Shown here piece by piece: positions 10,003 to 19,426 of a stretch of DNA of 35,473 bases. Position 1 is the stretch's first letter; every line of letters begins with the position of its first letter. This stretch comes from a virus (Duplodnaviria; Caudoviricetes). Location: IMG/VR virus record IMGVR_UViG_3300017909_003056, positions 1 through 35,473 of that record; one strand, written 5' to 3'. Under the pieces are notes generated by a model. The model was not told the DNA's origin. It did not search any database and worked only from the letters and a program-made list of their open reading frames with translations. The position numbers were made by a program, and so were the translations under genes.

Positions 10003-10036
10003 TATTTAGTATATTACGGTTTCCTCACCCTGTCAA
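10003..10036 (-). promoter_or_regulatory. psbA sigma70-type promoter with an overlapping late-like box
   Basis: TTGACA(10036-10031)-17 nt-TATACT(10013-10008), running into CTAAATA. Confidence 0.85.
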
Positions 10037-10039
10037 GCC

Positions 10040-10231
10040 CTAGTACCGATATTCTTGAAGAATGTCTAGAACATAGTTGAGGTGCCTCTGAACCAACTGC
10101 TGTTCTCCCGGATAAAGATGCCTAGTTTCAGATGAACCCTCATGGATAGGCACTTGATCAAAGTATGCACCATTTTTCAACTTCAGAACTCTACAGCGTA
10201 ACTCTTCTACGCTGACTTGATTTTTAGGCAT
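10040..10231 (-). CDS. Hypothetical protein
   Basis: ATG start MPKNQVS lies just after the terminator; the longer start in the ORF track crosses that terminator. Confidence 0.7.
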   Translation of the reverse strand: MPKNQVSVEELRCRVLKLKNGAYFDQVPIHEGSSETRHLYPGEQQLVQRHLNYVLDILQEYRY

Positions 10232-10233
10232 AC

Positions 10234-10265
10234 AAAAAAGACCCTCTACAGTATGTAGAGAGTCT
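10234..10265 (-). terminator. Intrinsic terminator ending the hli cluster
   Basis: AGACTCTCTACA-TAC-TGTAGAGGGTCT followed by a T run. Confidence 0.85.
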
Positions 10266-10269
10266 AGCG

Positions 10270-10413
10270 TCAACTTGGTGTTGGTGCATATACTGGTGTC
10301 ATCAAACCACCATCAGGACCGTCATCATCATCAACATCATCACTTGTCAACAGGGCGGCAAAAATAAACCCTCCTACCATGGATGCTGCTATGACTAACA
10401 TGTCGTTCACCAT
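10270..10413 (-). CDS. Small membrane protein with acidic tail (47 aa, not in ORF track)
   Basis: MVNDMLVIAASMVGGFIFAALLTSDDVDDDDGPDGGLMTPVYAPTPS. Confidence 0.7.
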   Translation of the reverse strand: MVNDMLVIAASMVGGFIFAALLTSDDVDDDDGPDGGLMTPVYAPTPS

Positions 10414-10514
10414 AAACCTGGGATAATTTGACCTGTGGTTGCGTAACTACCCATCGCAGCGATCACTCCGATCATTGCTGCCCAACCGTTGATGCGTTCT
10501 GCTCTTTCGTTCAT
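10407..10514 (-). CDS. hli: High-light-inducible protein (35 aa, not in ORF track)
   Basis: MNERAERINGWAAMIGVIAAMGSYATTGQIIPGLW; AGGAG RBS. Confidence 0.95.
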   Translation of the reverse strand: MNERAERINGWAAMIGVIAAMGSYATTGQIIPGLW

Positions 10515-10555
10515 TGTGCTTTGCTCCTTTTAAATAGAAAAGTTGTGGCCAAGTG

Positions 10556-10774
10556 TCACGGATTATTTCCGCTAATTTGTAAGAAGTATTTGTCTGGATC
10601 ACCTTTTGTGTTTTCGTAGATAGAGGAGTCTCCATATGTTTTGTGGTCCTTGTATCCAACCATACGACCCTTCGTGTTTTGAAGGGCGGGCATAAAGGCA
10701 ATGATGAAGAATACTGCAGGTGCTCCGATGATGAGACCACCAGCAATTACATAATAAGTAAGAAGTTCAATCAT
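10556..10774 (-). CDS. Small membrane protein in the hli cluster
   Basis: TM helix; TGATG coupling to hli. Confidence 0.78.
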   Translation of the reverse strand: MIELLTYYVIAGGLIIGAPAVFFIIAFMPALQNTKGRMVGYKDHKTYGDSSIYENTKGDPDKYFLQISGNNP

Positions 10775-10992
10775 CAGAATCCGAACGCGCCAAAGAAAAA
10801 TACGCTACCACTGAAAGCATAAGAGACAACAGCAGCAACGAATCCAACCATAGCAGTGCGTCCATTCAGTTTCTCTGCCTTCTCTGCATATGTCTCATAA
10901 CCATAACGCTCGGCGTCGGTCTTGGAGACATACATACGTGGTTCTTTAGCGAACAAATTTTGCTGTCCGCGCTCATTAGTCGTTACAGTCAT
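10774..10992 (-). CDS. hli: High-light-inducible protein
   Basis: NLFAKEPRMY...AEKLNGRTAMVGFVAAVVSY. Confidence 0.95.
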   Translation of the reverse strand: MTVTTNERGQQNLFAKEPRMYVSKTDAERYGYETYAEKAEKLNGRTAMVGFVAAVVSYAFSGSVFFFGAFGF

Positions 10993-10997
10993 GGTGT

Positions 10998-11047
10998 TGT
11001 GTAAAGAACTGTTACATTATTATATAGTAATGTAAAGTTTTCGTCAA
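10998..11047 (-). promoter_or_regulatory. hli promoter with an HLR1/RpaB-like direct repeat
   Basis: TTGACG-17 nt-TATAAT, then GTAACAGT-TC-TTTACACA; extra TTTACATT in the spacer. Confidence 0.75.
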
Positions 11048-11836
11048 CTACTTTCCTTCAAATCCAGGGGGTAATGTTCCCATATACGGATCATACTCAA
11101 AGATTTTGCCCCACTCTTGGTCTATGGCATTCGTTTTCCAGAAGTTCCAAAGTCCATCATGACTGCTGCGATGGAAGACATCCACATGAATATCATGGAT
11201 GTCCGAACCTAGATCAATTTTGTAAAGGAACAAAGGAATAGCAAAGGTGTTACCAGAGTTGTAAATCAGATCATCTGCCACTGCCCTGGGTTTCATACCC
11301 TGGTCCAACTTATACTTGTCTCCACGGCAGTGGAGGTCAACAAGTTTTTGAGCGTGACGACGGGTAATCATATAACAAGCAGTAGAGAAGTCATTTACAA
11401 ACCTTCTATGCATCTTCATATGAATCTGTGCTGGATTAATTACAGCAAGTTGTACCACATCATAATCGTATGGAACTTTGGCGTTAAACTCTTTCCAAGT
11501 AAAAGGCCAATAAGTAATCGTTGAAATATCACAGTCGTCTTCCATCATCAAGGCACATGGAGCATCAGTCTCCAAGAACATCTTCATCGCCTTGAGATGT
11601 GAAGTAACACAACCAACTTCTCCAGAGGTCATGTTGTCAGGGTATTTGCCCTTCAGGATTTCTCCCAGGTCATTATCACCCCTACCATCATAAGCAGAGA
11701 CACGAGTATGGTTTTCCAGTTCCCAATACTTGAACTGGTCCTCCATATACTTCCACCTATCAGTCTTATCATCAAGATTGATACAATAAATTGGTGGAAG
11801 ACCTTTGACTTTAGGTAGTGCTTTATTTCTGTCCAT
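11048..11836 (-). CDS. Glycosyltransferase family 25
   Basis: IYCINL...DR...RVSAYDG...GEVGCVTSH...MMEDD. Confidence 0.92.
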   Translation of the reverse strand: MDRNKALPKVKGLPPIYCINLDDKTDRWKYMEDQFKYWELENHTRVSAYDGRGDNDLGEILKGKYPDNMTSGEVGCVTSHLKAMKMFLETDAPCALMMEDDCDISTITYWPFTWKEFNAKVPYDYDVVQLAVINPAQIHMKMHRRFVNDFSTACYMITRRHAQKLVDLHCRGDKYKLDQGMKPRAVADDLIYNSGNTFAIPLFLYKIDLGSDIHDIHVDVFHRSSHDGLWNFWKTNAIDQEWGKIFEYDPYMGTLPPGFEGK

Positions 11837-12710
11837 ATTCTTTGATCCAATCCTCAAGTTTCACTTTTGGTTCCCAACCAAATACTTTTTTAATTTTATC
11901 ACAGTTTGCCAAAGACACCCGTGCCTCACCTTTACGTGGTGGCAGGTGAATTTGCTTATCAGAAATCATATCTGCGATTTCTTTTACAGAGTGATTTACA
12001 CCCGTTCCAACATTATAGACTTGACCGTAACATTCTTCATCAGGATTACCGATGGCACACATAATGTTAGCGTTGACAATATCGCTGACATGAACAAAGT
12101 CTCTGCGCTGTTCGCCATCACCAACGATTGTGAGTTCTTCACCAGCATCACGTTGCCTGAAGAAGATACCCATCACTGGAGCATACTGTCCCGTCTCTGC
12201 CTGCCTGTCTCCATAAGCGTTAAAGTAACGTAGGATGACCGTAGGGAACTCATACAGGTCTGTGTACATCTTACACAGTTTTTCACCACCAATTTTTGAA
12301 ACAGAATATGGATTGAGACAATCGTCTGGTTGTGTTTCTACATTTGGTGGTTCATTCAATCCATATCCAGAGGATGTGGAAGAATAGATTACTCGTTTTA
12401 CATTAGCTTCCCTACAGCACTGAAGAACCGTTGCGGTCCCCATAGTATTAGTAGAAACTGTTCTCAATGGATTTTCAATACACTCACCAATCTTTGCCTC
12501 TGCTGCCATGTGGAACACATAGTCCACTCCATAGTAGAAGATACGAGTGATGTGATAGTTACAGATATCCTGACGGACATACTTTGCCTTCTCGTTTTTG
12601 TGCTTTGGGAAGGCAGTATCAATTACTATAACTTCATGTCCGAGTTCTACAAGTTTATCAACAAGGTGTGATCCAATAAAACCACAACCACCAGTTACAA
12701 TAGACTTCAT
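11823..12710 (-). CDS. NAD-dependent nucleotide-sugar epimerase/dehydratase (WcaG-like SDR)
   Basis: TGGCGFIG, YSSTSS, YSVSK, RYFNAYG, RDFVHV. Confidence 0.93.
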   Translation of the reverse strand: MKSIVTGGCGFIGSHLVDKLVELGHEVIVIDTAFPKHKNEKAKYVRQDICNYHITRIFYYGVDYVFHMAAEAKIGECIENPLRTVSTNTMGTATVLQCCREANVKRVIYSSTSSGYGLNEPPNVETQPDDCLNPYSVSKIGGEKLCKMYTDLYEFPTVILRYFNAYGDRQAETGQYAPVMGIFFRQRDAGEELTIVGDGEQRRDFVHVSDIVNANIMCAIGNPDEECYGQVYNVGTGVNHSVKEIADMISDKQIHLPPRKGEARVSLANCDKIKKVFGWEPKVKLEDWIKEYGQK

Positions 12711-13324
12711 GCTGTTTTTAGAATAAAGAAACCATTACCATGAGGATGTGGTTCAACCCACTTTTCCTTAATTGACCCAAGAGAATATGAAAACTTCACA
12801 AGTTCCATACCCTGCGACTCAAACATTCTAATCCACCACTCCTCATCTTTCTTGGTGACGTGAGTAACGTCTACCTCATACTCTCGGATTCTAAAACGAT
12901 CATTGTCTCCAAGAGGAATAACAAAGAAGAACTGATTAGACTTGTTCTTGAACTTTTGAAGCAAAGAGGGAATGTCTTCTACCTCAACGTGCTCAAGAAC
13001 ATCCTTACAGATGAGTAAATCATACGTCTTATCATTTGGAAGCGACACATAGTCCTTCACATTAGGATGACAGTTCTCTACAGCATACTCACTAATGTCT
13101 TCACCCCAGGCATCACAACCAATAATACGAAGAGCGTTCACCAAGAAACCTTTGGCACATCCATAATCAACACAAGTCTTGAACTCAAAGGTATTCTGAA
13201 TGTCAAGTGCTTCAGGAATAGAACGAGTGGGCATCCACTTGTAATCTTCATACCCAGAGATATGTTTCCTTACACCATCCTCATAATAGTCTTTGGTGAA
13301 TTGATGCATATCAAGCGAAATCAT
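12707..13324 (-). CDS. Class I SAM-dependent methyltransferase
   Basis: VDYGCAKG, GEDIS, DLLICKDVLEH. Confidence 0.88.
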   Translation of the reverse strand: MISLDMHQFTKDYYEDGVRKHISGYEDYKWMPTRSIPEALDIQNTFEFKTCVDYGCAKGFLVNALRIIGCDAWGEDISEYAVENCHPNVKDYVSLPNDKTYDLLICKDVLEHVEVEDIPSLLQKFKNKSNQFFFVIPLGDNDRFRIREYEVDVTHVTKKDEEWWIRMFESQGMELVKFSYSLGSIKEKWVEPHPHGNGFFILKTA

Positions 13325-14435
13325 TATGAATAGTGTCAGTTAGGATGTCGTCAATCAGTTCGTTCTGCATGGCATACTTACAGTAGTGGCAACCATGGTG
13401 TCTGCGTGTTGGTCCTTGGGTATAGAACTCTTCAATACCATCAATATCACAGACAGCAAACTGTGACTCGGGAACATAGTTGTAGTTGTTCTCAATAGAC
13501 AGTTCAGCAGAAGGACACGCATAGATGTATCCGTCAGTAAACAGGAATGGTTTGACCATATGCATGTAGCAGTGGTCATTTCTACGCTCACCTTTGAAGT
13601 TAAAGTCAGAAAGGAACGCATACTTCAGTTTGCGTCCACGATCCTCTTCATATGTTTCAATGATGCCACGAATGGTATCAATGTCTTTCTCAGTTTCCTT
13701 TACATCCTTAATGGCGTTGAAAGCAATACGACAAGGAATACCATTCTCCTCCACCCAGTCTAACATACGGATAAAGTTTTCGGTAGTCTGGAATTTCTTG
13801 GAAAGCACACGCTTGTTCTTTACATCGCTCCAGTCACCTGTGATGTTGGGGTTCTTAGATGTCTCCAGGTTCTCGTCCCAAACATAAGCAGCAGATGGCT
13901 TACAGTTGGTTCCTTCAAAGACACTCAGGTCATAATCATAACCCTCGTAGAAACCATACATTCCCAGGCGAACCCAGTCAAACAGTTCTACAATATCTTT
14001 CTTGATAGGGCGGTCAGCACCGAAGCGTGCTCCGTTGGTGCAGATACCGAGACTAAATCCCAAGTCCTTAGCATACTGAACAATCTCTTTGAAGTGTGGG
14101 TGAATACTAGGTTCACCTCCACCAGTGAACTCAACACCAGTCACACCAATCGCCTTGAAACTCTCAAGTGCTTGGAATACTTTTTCTGTAGGCATCTTCT
14201 CTGAGATGTCCCTATTCGCAAAGCAGCAGAAAGAACAGGTCAGGTTACAAGCATTCGTCAGTGAGATATGTGCCATCACTGGCGAAGGTGGTTTACCTTC
14301 CTGAAGGTTCTGTAACTTTGGAAGTTGCTTCAGAAGTTTGGCAAGGTTACTACTATAACTTCTACCGTCTTCTTCCTCTTGTATTTTTCTGATCGTTCCA
14401 TCTTCATTGAAGATGCTTTCGCCGCGATAAACCAT
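13311..14435 (-). CDS. Radical SAM enzyme with a C-terminal SPASM/twitch-like Cys cluster
   Basis: CNLTCSFC, FTGGGEP, TNG, C...DGYIYACP...CHYC. Confidence 0.92.
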   Translation of the reverse strand: MVYRGESIFNEDGTIRKIQEEEDGRSYSSNLAKLLKQLPKLQNLQEGKPPSPVMAHISLTNACNLTCSFCCFANRDISEKMPTEKVFQALESFKAIGVTGVEFTGGGEPSIHPHFKEIVQYAKDLGFSLGICTNGARFGADRPIKKDIVELFDWVRLGMYGFYEGYDYDLSVFEGTNCKPSAAYVWDENLETSKNPNITGDWSDVKNKRVLSKKFQTTENFIRMLDWVEENGIPCRIAFNAIKDVKETEKDIDTIRGIIETYEEDRGRKLKYAFLSDFNFKGERRNDHCYMHMVKPFLFTDGYIYACPSAELSIENNYNYVPESQFAVCDIDGIEEFYTQGPTRRHHGCHYCKYAMQNELIDDILTDTIHNDFA

Positions 14436-14441
14436 AGTTCT

Positions 14442-15152
14442 TTAATAATGTTCTTTCCACTGGTGGACTACAGGGTAATCCATATAATTAGGTTCACGAA
14501 CTTCACCTAACCATTCAGCACTCTGATATTTATGACCCCTCTTTCCAAAGTGATATACGGTGCACATGTCAACAATACCAAGTCCTTTGTATCCACCAGG
14601 ATAGGAGTGTTCTTCTATCAGTTTGTCCTGATTCTCTGTGATGTCTTTAATGATGTCATCGTAGATACTCAAAAAGATTTCTACGTTATACATGCTGCCA
14701 CCACACATACCATACCTTTCAATATCCAACCCACCCTGCTCAAGGCAGTCGCGTCTCATATTTCTAGGCATTACACCACCAATTCTAACACCTTTCAACG
14801 CAAATGGTTTATCCAACTTGAATGGTTGACGTATCCATACATCATCCTCAAGGAACATCATATACTCTGTTTCACATAGATCACAAGCAAGCTTGTGTCG
14901 TTTGAAAAACTCTAACGTCCTATAAGCGTTGTAGTAATCTCTGTTATATCCGTTCTCTGCATTGCCAAAGATATTCTCCCGCCAACGATAGTGACAAGAA
15001 TACTTCTCTGCCAAATCCGAAAAATCCAACCCTCCATCAGAAATCAGGAGAATCGGATTATCAGGGAATGACTTTCTGAAGTTATCTAAAACAAACTCTG
15101 TTGCTTTCTTATTGTTATAACAAGGAAAGACTGCACCAAACTCAACCATCAC
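14442..15152 (-). CDS. Putative GT-A-fold glycosyltransferase
   Basis: FPCYN, LISDGG, YMMFLEDD (DXD-like). Confidence 0.68.
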   Translation of the reverse strand: MMVEFGAVFPCYNNKKATEFVLDNFRKSFPDNPILLISDGGLDFSDLAEKYSCHYRWRENIFGNAENGYNRDYYNAYRTLEFFKRHKLACDLCETEYMMFLEDDVWIRQPFKLDKPFALKGVRIGGVMPRNMRRDCLEQGGLDIERYGMCGGSMYNVEIFLSIYDDIIKDITENQDKLIEEHSYPGGYKGLGIVDMCTVYHFGKRGHKYQSAEWLGEVREPNYMDYPVVHQWKEHY

Positions 15153-16720
15153 TTTGCCTCAAACAAATAATCTTCAATCACCACATAATCCATTTGAGTA
15201 TTATTTAACGCATACAGAGCATCCTCAATGGAAGACAGGATGGGATATCCACGAATGTTGAACGAAGTATTCAGTAGAACATTTGTTTCAGAAATCTTAC
15301 CAAACTCAGTCAGCAGTTCATAGAACTCTGCGTGTGATTCTTCAGTGACAGTCTGAAGACGTGCCGTATTATCAATATGAGTGATGGATGGAAGTTTATC
15401 AACATACTCATCCTTGACCTTTGGAGCATAACTCATATACTCAAGGTTATCAAAGTTGCGAGACTCAAAATACTTAGGAGCATCCTCCTTCTTACAGAAA
15501 GGAGCAAAGGGACGATACCACTCACGGAACTTGACCTTTGCATTCAGAATGTCCTTCATCTCCCTGATGTTTGGGTCACAGACAATAGAACGATTACCAA
15601 GTGCCCGTGGTCCTACTTCAGAGTCACCATAAACAAGTCCAATAATATTACCATCCTTGATTAGTTGTGCCAATTCTTTCTTGTCAATCTTTCTGGCATT
15701 ATACTTATCAATATACTCGGGGAACAGTTCCTTATCAGTCAGAGGAAGACCAGCATAGGTGATGTTGACGTTCTTCTCAGGTTTCTTGTAAAGGAACATG
15801 TGACCCAGAGACAGACTACCATCATGAGGATTGGGTGGGACATAGATCTGTCGGTTCGTGTGCTTCTTCAGTTGCTCGTTTACCAGAACATTCAAAGCAC
15901 AACCACCAGTCAATACCAGAGGCACATCATTATCATAACGGTCAAGGACACTGAAGAAAGCAACCTCAAACGCTCTCTGTGCCGTAGCAGCGATATCATA
16001 CCCCTCTTGACCCTCAAACACCCAGTTCTCCAGAGGATTGTCCCAGGGGTTATCCAGGTTCTTCAGCGGCAGTCCAGTCTTTTCTGCCAACTGCTTATAA
16101 TCACGATTGAAGAAGAACATGGCAAAAGCAGGGACATACTCTTCAATCACATTACCATAAGCACAGAGACCCATCATCTTACCCGACAAAGCAAGTTGAT
16201 GACGACTCTTCTCTGCCACCTCACGGATCATAGAACCACACAACAGGTATCCCCCACCAAAGTCAGACGGGACTTTCTCTAGTAGTTTGATACCTTTGTT
16301 ATTGGCAGTATAGACATTAAAGTGTCCATCATCACCGCCACCATCATATGATACGACGAGTGCCTCCTCAAACGGAGACATGTAGAAAGCAGAAGCAGCA
16401 TGAGTTTCATGATGCCTTGCAACAGTTCTTAGATTCTCTGTGTTGAATACTTCCTTAAGTGTGGAGGGTGGTTGAATATATCCATCCGTGGATACCAGAA
16501 CTGCTTCATAGTCGTTCTCAATACCCCAGTCTTCTTCGGCAATCTCACGACACAGAGTCAGAATCTCTTTCTGATACTCGGGAGTATTATCTTCATGAAG
16601 ACGGAAGTATCTCTTCTTTACAAGACGCTCTACTTCAATAGTGTAGTATTCATCAGTCTTCGCATTATAAAAGGACACGTTGGCGTCGTGTCCTGCGAAA
16701 ATACTAACTAGGTTCTTCAT
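15149..16720 (-). CDS. Carbamoyltransferase (NodU/CmcH/TobZ family)
   Basis: HDA, EVER, HHETHAASAF, DGGGD, GGCALN, GPRALGNRS, KFREWYRPFAP, NTSFN. Confidence 0.95.
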   Translation of the reverse strand: MKNLVSIFAGHDANVSFYNAKTDEYYTIEVERLVKKRYFRLHEDNTPEYQKEILTLCREIAEEDWGIENDYEAVLVSTDGYIQPPSTLKEVFNTENLRTVARHHETHAASAFYMSPFEEALVVSYDGGGDDGHFNVYTANNKGIKLLEKVPSDFGGGYLLCGSMIREVAEKSRHQLALSGKMMGLCAYGNVIEEYVPAFAMFFFNRDYKQLAEKTGLPLKNLDNPWDNPLENWVFEGQEGYDIAATAQRAFEVAFFSVLDRYDNDVPLVLTGGCALNVLVNEQLKKHTNRQIYVPPNPHDGSLSLGHMFLYKKPEKNVNITYAGLPLTDKELFPEYIDKYNARKIDKKELAQLIKDGNIIGLVYGDSEVGPRALGNRSIVCDPNIREMKDILNAKVKFREWYRPFAPFCKKEDAPKYFESRNFDNLEYMSYAPKVKDEYVDKLPSITHIDNTARLQTVTEESHAEFYELLTEFGKISETNVLLNTSFNIRGYPILSSIEDALYALNNTQMDYVVIEDYLFEAK

Positions 16721-17667
16721 TTGACAAGTGATACAAGGTGTTCAACAGCAGGGATATAGTGCTTCTTAAGAACTGCTTTCCATTCAAACTCTTTAGCATA
16801 TTCAAGAATCTCATCTCTATGTGCGATAGAGTATTCCCTATTTTTAATTATAGCATTCTCTACAAATTCTAGGTCGTTCACCTTGGACTCTGGAATGATT
16901 GTGATGAACTCCTTGTCGGGATCAAGATTTGCCTTACCCCATTCCGTTACAACAACACCAAGTCCAGCAGCAAGAGCTTCCATACAGACTAAAGGATGTG
17001 CCTCACCATCAGACAGGAGAACAAGATTACCATAGTCAGTCAAGTCCTTGAACAGAACTTCCTTGGACCACTCACCAAGATAGTTCTTGTCAGTATTGAA
17101 TCTGTTGTCGGCAATATTACCAGCAAACCAAAGACTGTCAATACTCTGGAACATATGCTGACGCTTACGATAGTCAATCTTCGCAAGGTAGATACTACGG
17201 TTAGGATACTTAGGCATATCCGTCGTGCGGAATCTGGAGGTATCTACACCGTTGGGAGTGACAAAGAGTTTTTCATCCTTGATACCAGACATCACCCGAT
17301 ACACATTCTTTATGCCTTCAGACAAACAAAATACATTTGGTTTGATCTGAGTAAATGCATTCAGGACATTTACATATCCATTAAACATTTCAGGACGCTC
17401 AAGATATCCAAAGTGACTCGTGATGGCACATGGATACTGAATGTAAGGAATGATGGGAATAAACTCATCATAGTGAACGTGGACGAAGTGAGGTCTAAAC
17501 TCATTGATCTGATCAATAATCTGACGACCATCTTTTGTGTTGATGATCTTCACTTCATGTCCTAATTTCTCCAGAGCATTCTTTGTGTCCCAGATAAGGA
17601 TTTCTACAGCACCCCAACCAGTAGGAGGGATGGGCATAATGCCAGGTCCAACCAATACAATTTTCAT
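16717..17667 (-). CDS. Glycosyltransferase family 4 (GT-B)
   Basis: IPPTGWGAVE, PNGVD, EAHPLVCMEALAAG. Confidence 0.9.
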   Translation of the reverse strand: MKIVLVGPGIMPIPPTGWGAVEILIWDTKNALEKLGHEVKIINTKDGRQIIDQINEFRPHFVHVHYDEFIPIIPYIQYPCAITSHFGYLERPEMFNGYVNVLNAFTQIKPNVFCLSEGIKNVYRVMSGIKDEKLFVTPNGVDTSRFRTTDMPKYPNRSIYLAKIDYRKRQHMFQSIDSLWFAGNIADNRFNTDKNYLGEWSKEVLFKDLTDYGNLVLLSDGEAHPLVCMEALAAGLGVVVTEWGKANLDPDKEFITIIPESKVNDLEFVENAIIKNREYSIAHRDEILEYAKEFEWKAVLKKHYIPAVEHLVSLVK

Positions 17668-18470
17668 CGTTTACCTAACTCCGTGAATAACTCCATGTGC
17701 TTACCAGTGTACCTCTCAAAGACAGCAAAATCGTCAGGATACTTCTTAACAAGATAACCAAAAGCGATTTGTTCGTTATTAACAAATCCTTTCTTTACCA
17801 TAAGATTTTCTAATAGTTCCTTCATATACGTAGAAACTTTTTTTATAGATTCGGGTCCTCCACCAAACATGGATCCCAAGATGAAGGAACGGTTGTCTAG
17901 GAGATACTCTTCAGGGATCTCATCTGCTTCAGCAAGATCCTTGTAGAACTCCATATTCATTTGTATCAGGAAGCTGTCCTCCATCTCATTTAGAGACTCT
18001 ACAGCATCAGGACTAGGATAGTCAAGTGCCGTATCATATCCCTCAAAGAAACGTGAAGAACCAGCATCCATCCAGAAGAAGTGCTTACTGTTGTATGGAT
18101 TCTCGTCTGCTGCTTGCTTCAACCATTCAAACTTGGAATACTGAATGATGGAATACATGGAGTGCTGACACTCAATACGACTAGGATCAGCAATCATCTC
18201 CTTGTATTCATCAGACTCAATAATCTTATCCAAGTCATCCTTGAGATAGTAATATGGAATCTCTTCAATCTCTTGGGTGATGACTGTGGTCGGAACTGCA
18301 AGTCTCCGCTCTTCAATAAAGTCCTGAACGTCCTTAGAAACGAACAGGATCATGGGACACTTCAGTTTCAGGAAGATGTCAAACCATCGCAGATATTCTT
18401 CCCACTTCCTACCATCCATACCCTCTCTATGAATATTGAATAGGGCAGATACAATAGTTACATCATTCAT
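17664..18470 (-). CDS. HtrL/WlaTC-like glycosyltransferase
   Basis: TIVSALFNI, SKFEWL...NPY...FFWMDAG, GSMFGG, NNEQ. Confidence 0.78.
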   Translation of the reverse strand: MNDVTIVSALFNIHREGMDGRKWEEYLRWFDIFLKLKCPMILFVSKDVQDFIEERRLAVPTTVITQEIEEIPYYYLKDDLDKIIESDEYKEMIADPSRIECQHSMYSIIQYSKFEWLKQAADENPYNSKHFFWMDAGSSRFFEGYDTALDYPSPDAVESLNEMEDSFLIQMNMEFYKDLAEADEIPEEYLLDNRSFILGSMFGGGPESIKKVSTYMKELLENLMVKKGFVNNEQIAFGYLVKKYPDDFAVFERYTGKHMELFTELGKR

Positions 18471-19426
18471 AACAGACTCATAATTGATTGAACGCGATTG
18501 ACAAAGGTATGATTCTCCTGAACATACTTCATAGCATCTTTGATGAACTTATAATCAGTTCTCTTTTCCATAGCATCATAGAAAAGTTGTGCCGTATCTT
18601 CTTGATAAAGACAATGACCTTCAAACTCTTTATAGACCTCAGGAGAGTTTGTAGTTCCCAGATGTCCCCAACTGATGGACTTAAAGGTTCGGCAAGGTAT
18701 ATATCCATTCTTGATATGTTCGGGACCACGAATATCCACACCTAGGATAGACTTCATCGTTCTCTCCTTGACTTGCTCTTCAGTCAAAGGATTCTGCCAG
18801 GGGTCATTATGAACGAACTCAATACCGTTCTTCTGACACTCTACCAAGAAAGGTTTGAACGTGCTGAAGTTTTCACAGACTCCATGATTTGACAGATTAC
18901 CGCTGAAGTAGATTTTGTTTTCTCTTGGGTGATTGATATCCTCAAAGTCAAACTCTTCAGGAAGAATATTTGCCGCCCAACTGATATAGAACTTGTCATA
19001 ATCATCAGTCCAGTATTGATGATGATCATTCAGAACTTGAACCCTACGGGTTGTTTTGGGTTGATAGTAAGTGCATGGACCAACCTTTTCTACCTTTTCT
19101 TTATCAAGGGTGAAGGTATATACATGGTCATCATGCCAGATATCATTCGTCCTTACATCAACAAATCGCTTTACCTTACCCAGATACTTATCGGGATTAG
19201 GACAGACATGGACAAAATATGTGCTAGTTTTATTGATGGGAATATTTTTGTCGGCAAATCCCTCTGTCCAGAACAAGCAATCACTCCAATCAAAATCTTC
19301 TGGATACTCTTCGTCGTGGAACCAGTAAGTATCATATCTAAGATGCTTGAAAGCTTTGTAAAAAGCAGCATGAATATAAGAGTGAGTGTGTGAATAGAGA
19401 GGATATCCCCAGATGACTACTTTCAT
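18467..19426 (-). CDS. Putative glycosyltransferase (CgeB/DUF3880-like GT-B)
   Basis: YIPCRTFKSISWG...YVQENHTFVNR C-terminus. Confidence 0.7.
   Translation of the reverse strand: MKVVIWGYPLYSHTHSYIHAAFYKAFKHLRYDTYWFHDEEYPEDFDWSDCLFWTEGFADKNIPINKTSTYFVHVCPNPDKYLGKVKRFVDVRTNDIWHDDHVYTFTLDKEKVEKVGPCTYYQPKTTRRVQVLNDHHQYWTDDYDKFYISWAANILPEEFDFEDINHPRENKIYFSGNLSNHGVCENFSTFKPFLVECQKNGIEFVHNDPWQNPLTEEQVKERTMKSILGVDIRGPEHIKNGYIPCRTFKSISWGHLGTTNSPEVYKEFEGHCLYQEDTAQLFYDAMEKRTDYKFIKDAMKYVQENHTFVNRVQSIMSLL

Noticed and set aside
10447-10746. 99-aa minus-strand ORF spanning the hli cluster
   Set aside because: Overlaps two better-supported genes (the 72-aa TM protein and the 35-aa hli) in other frames
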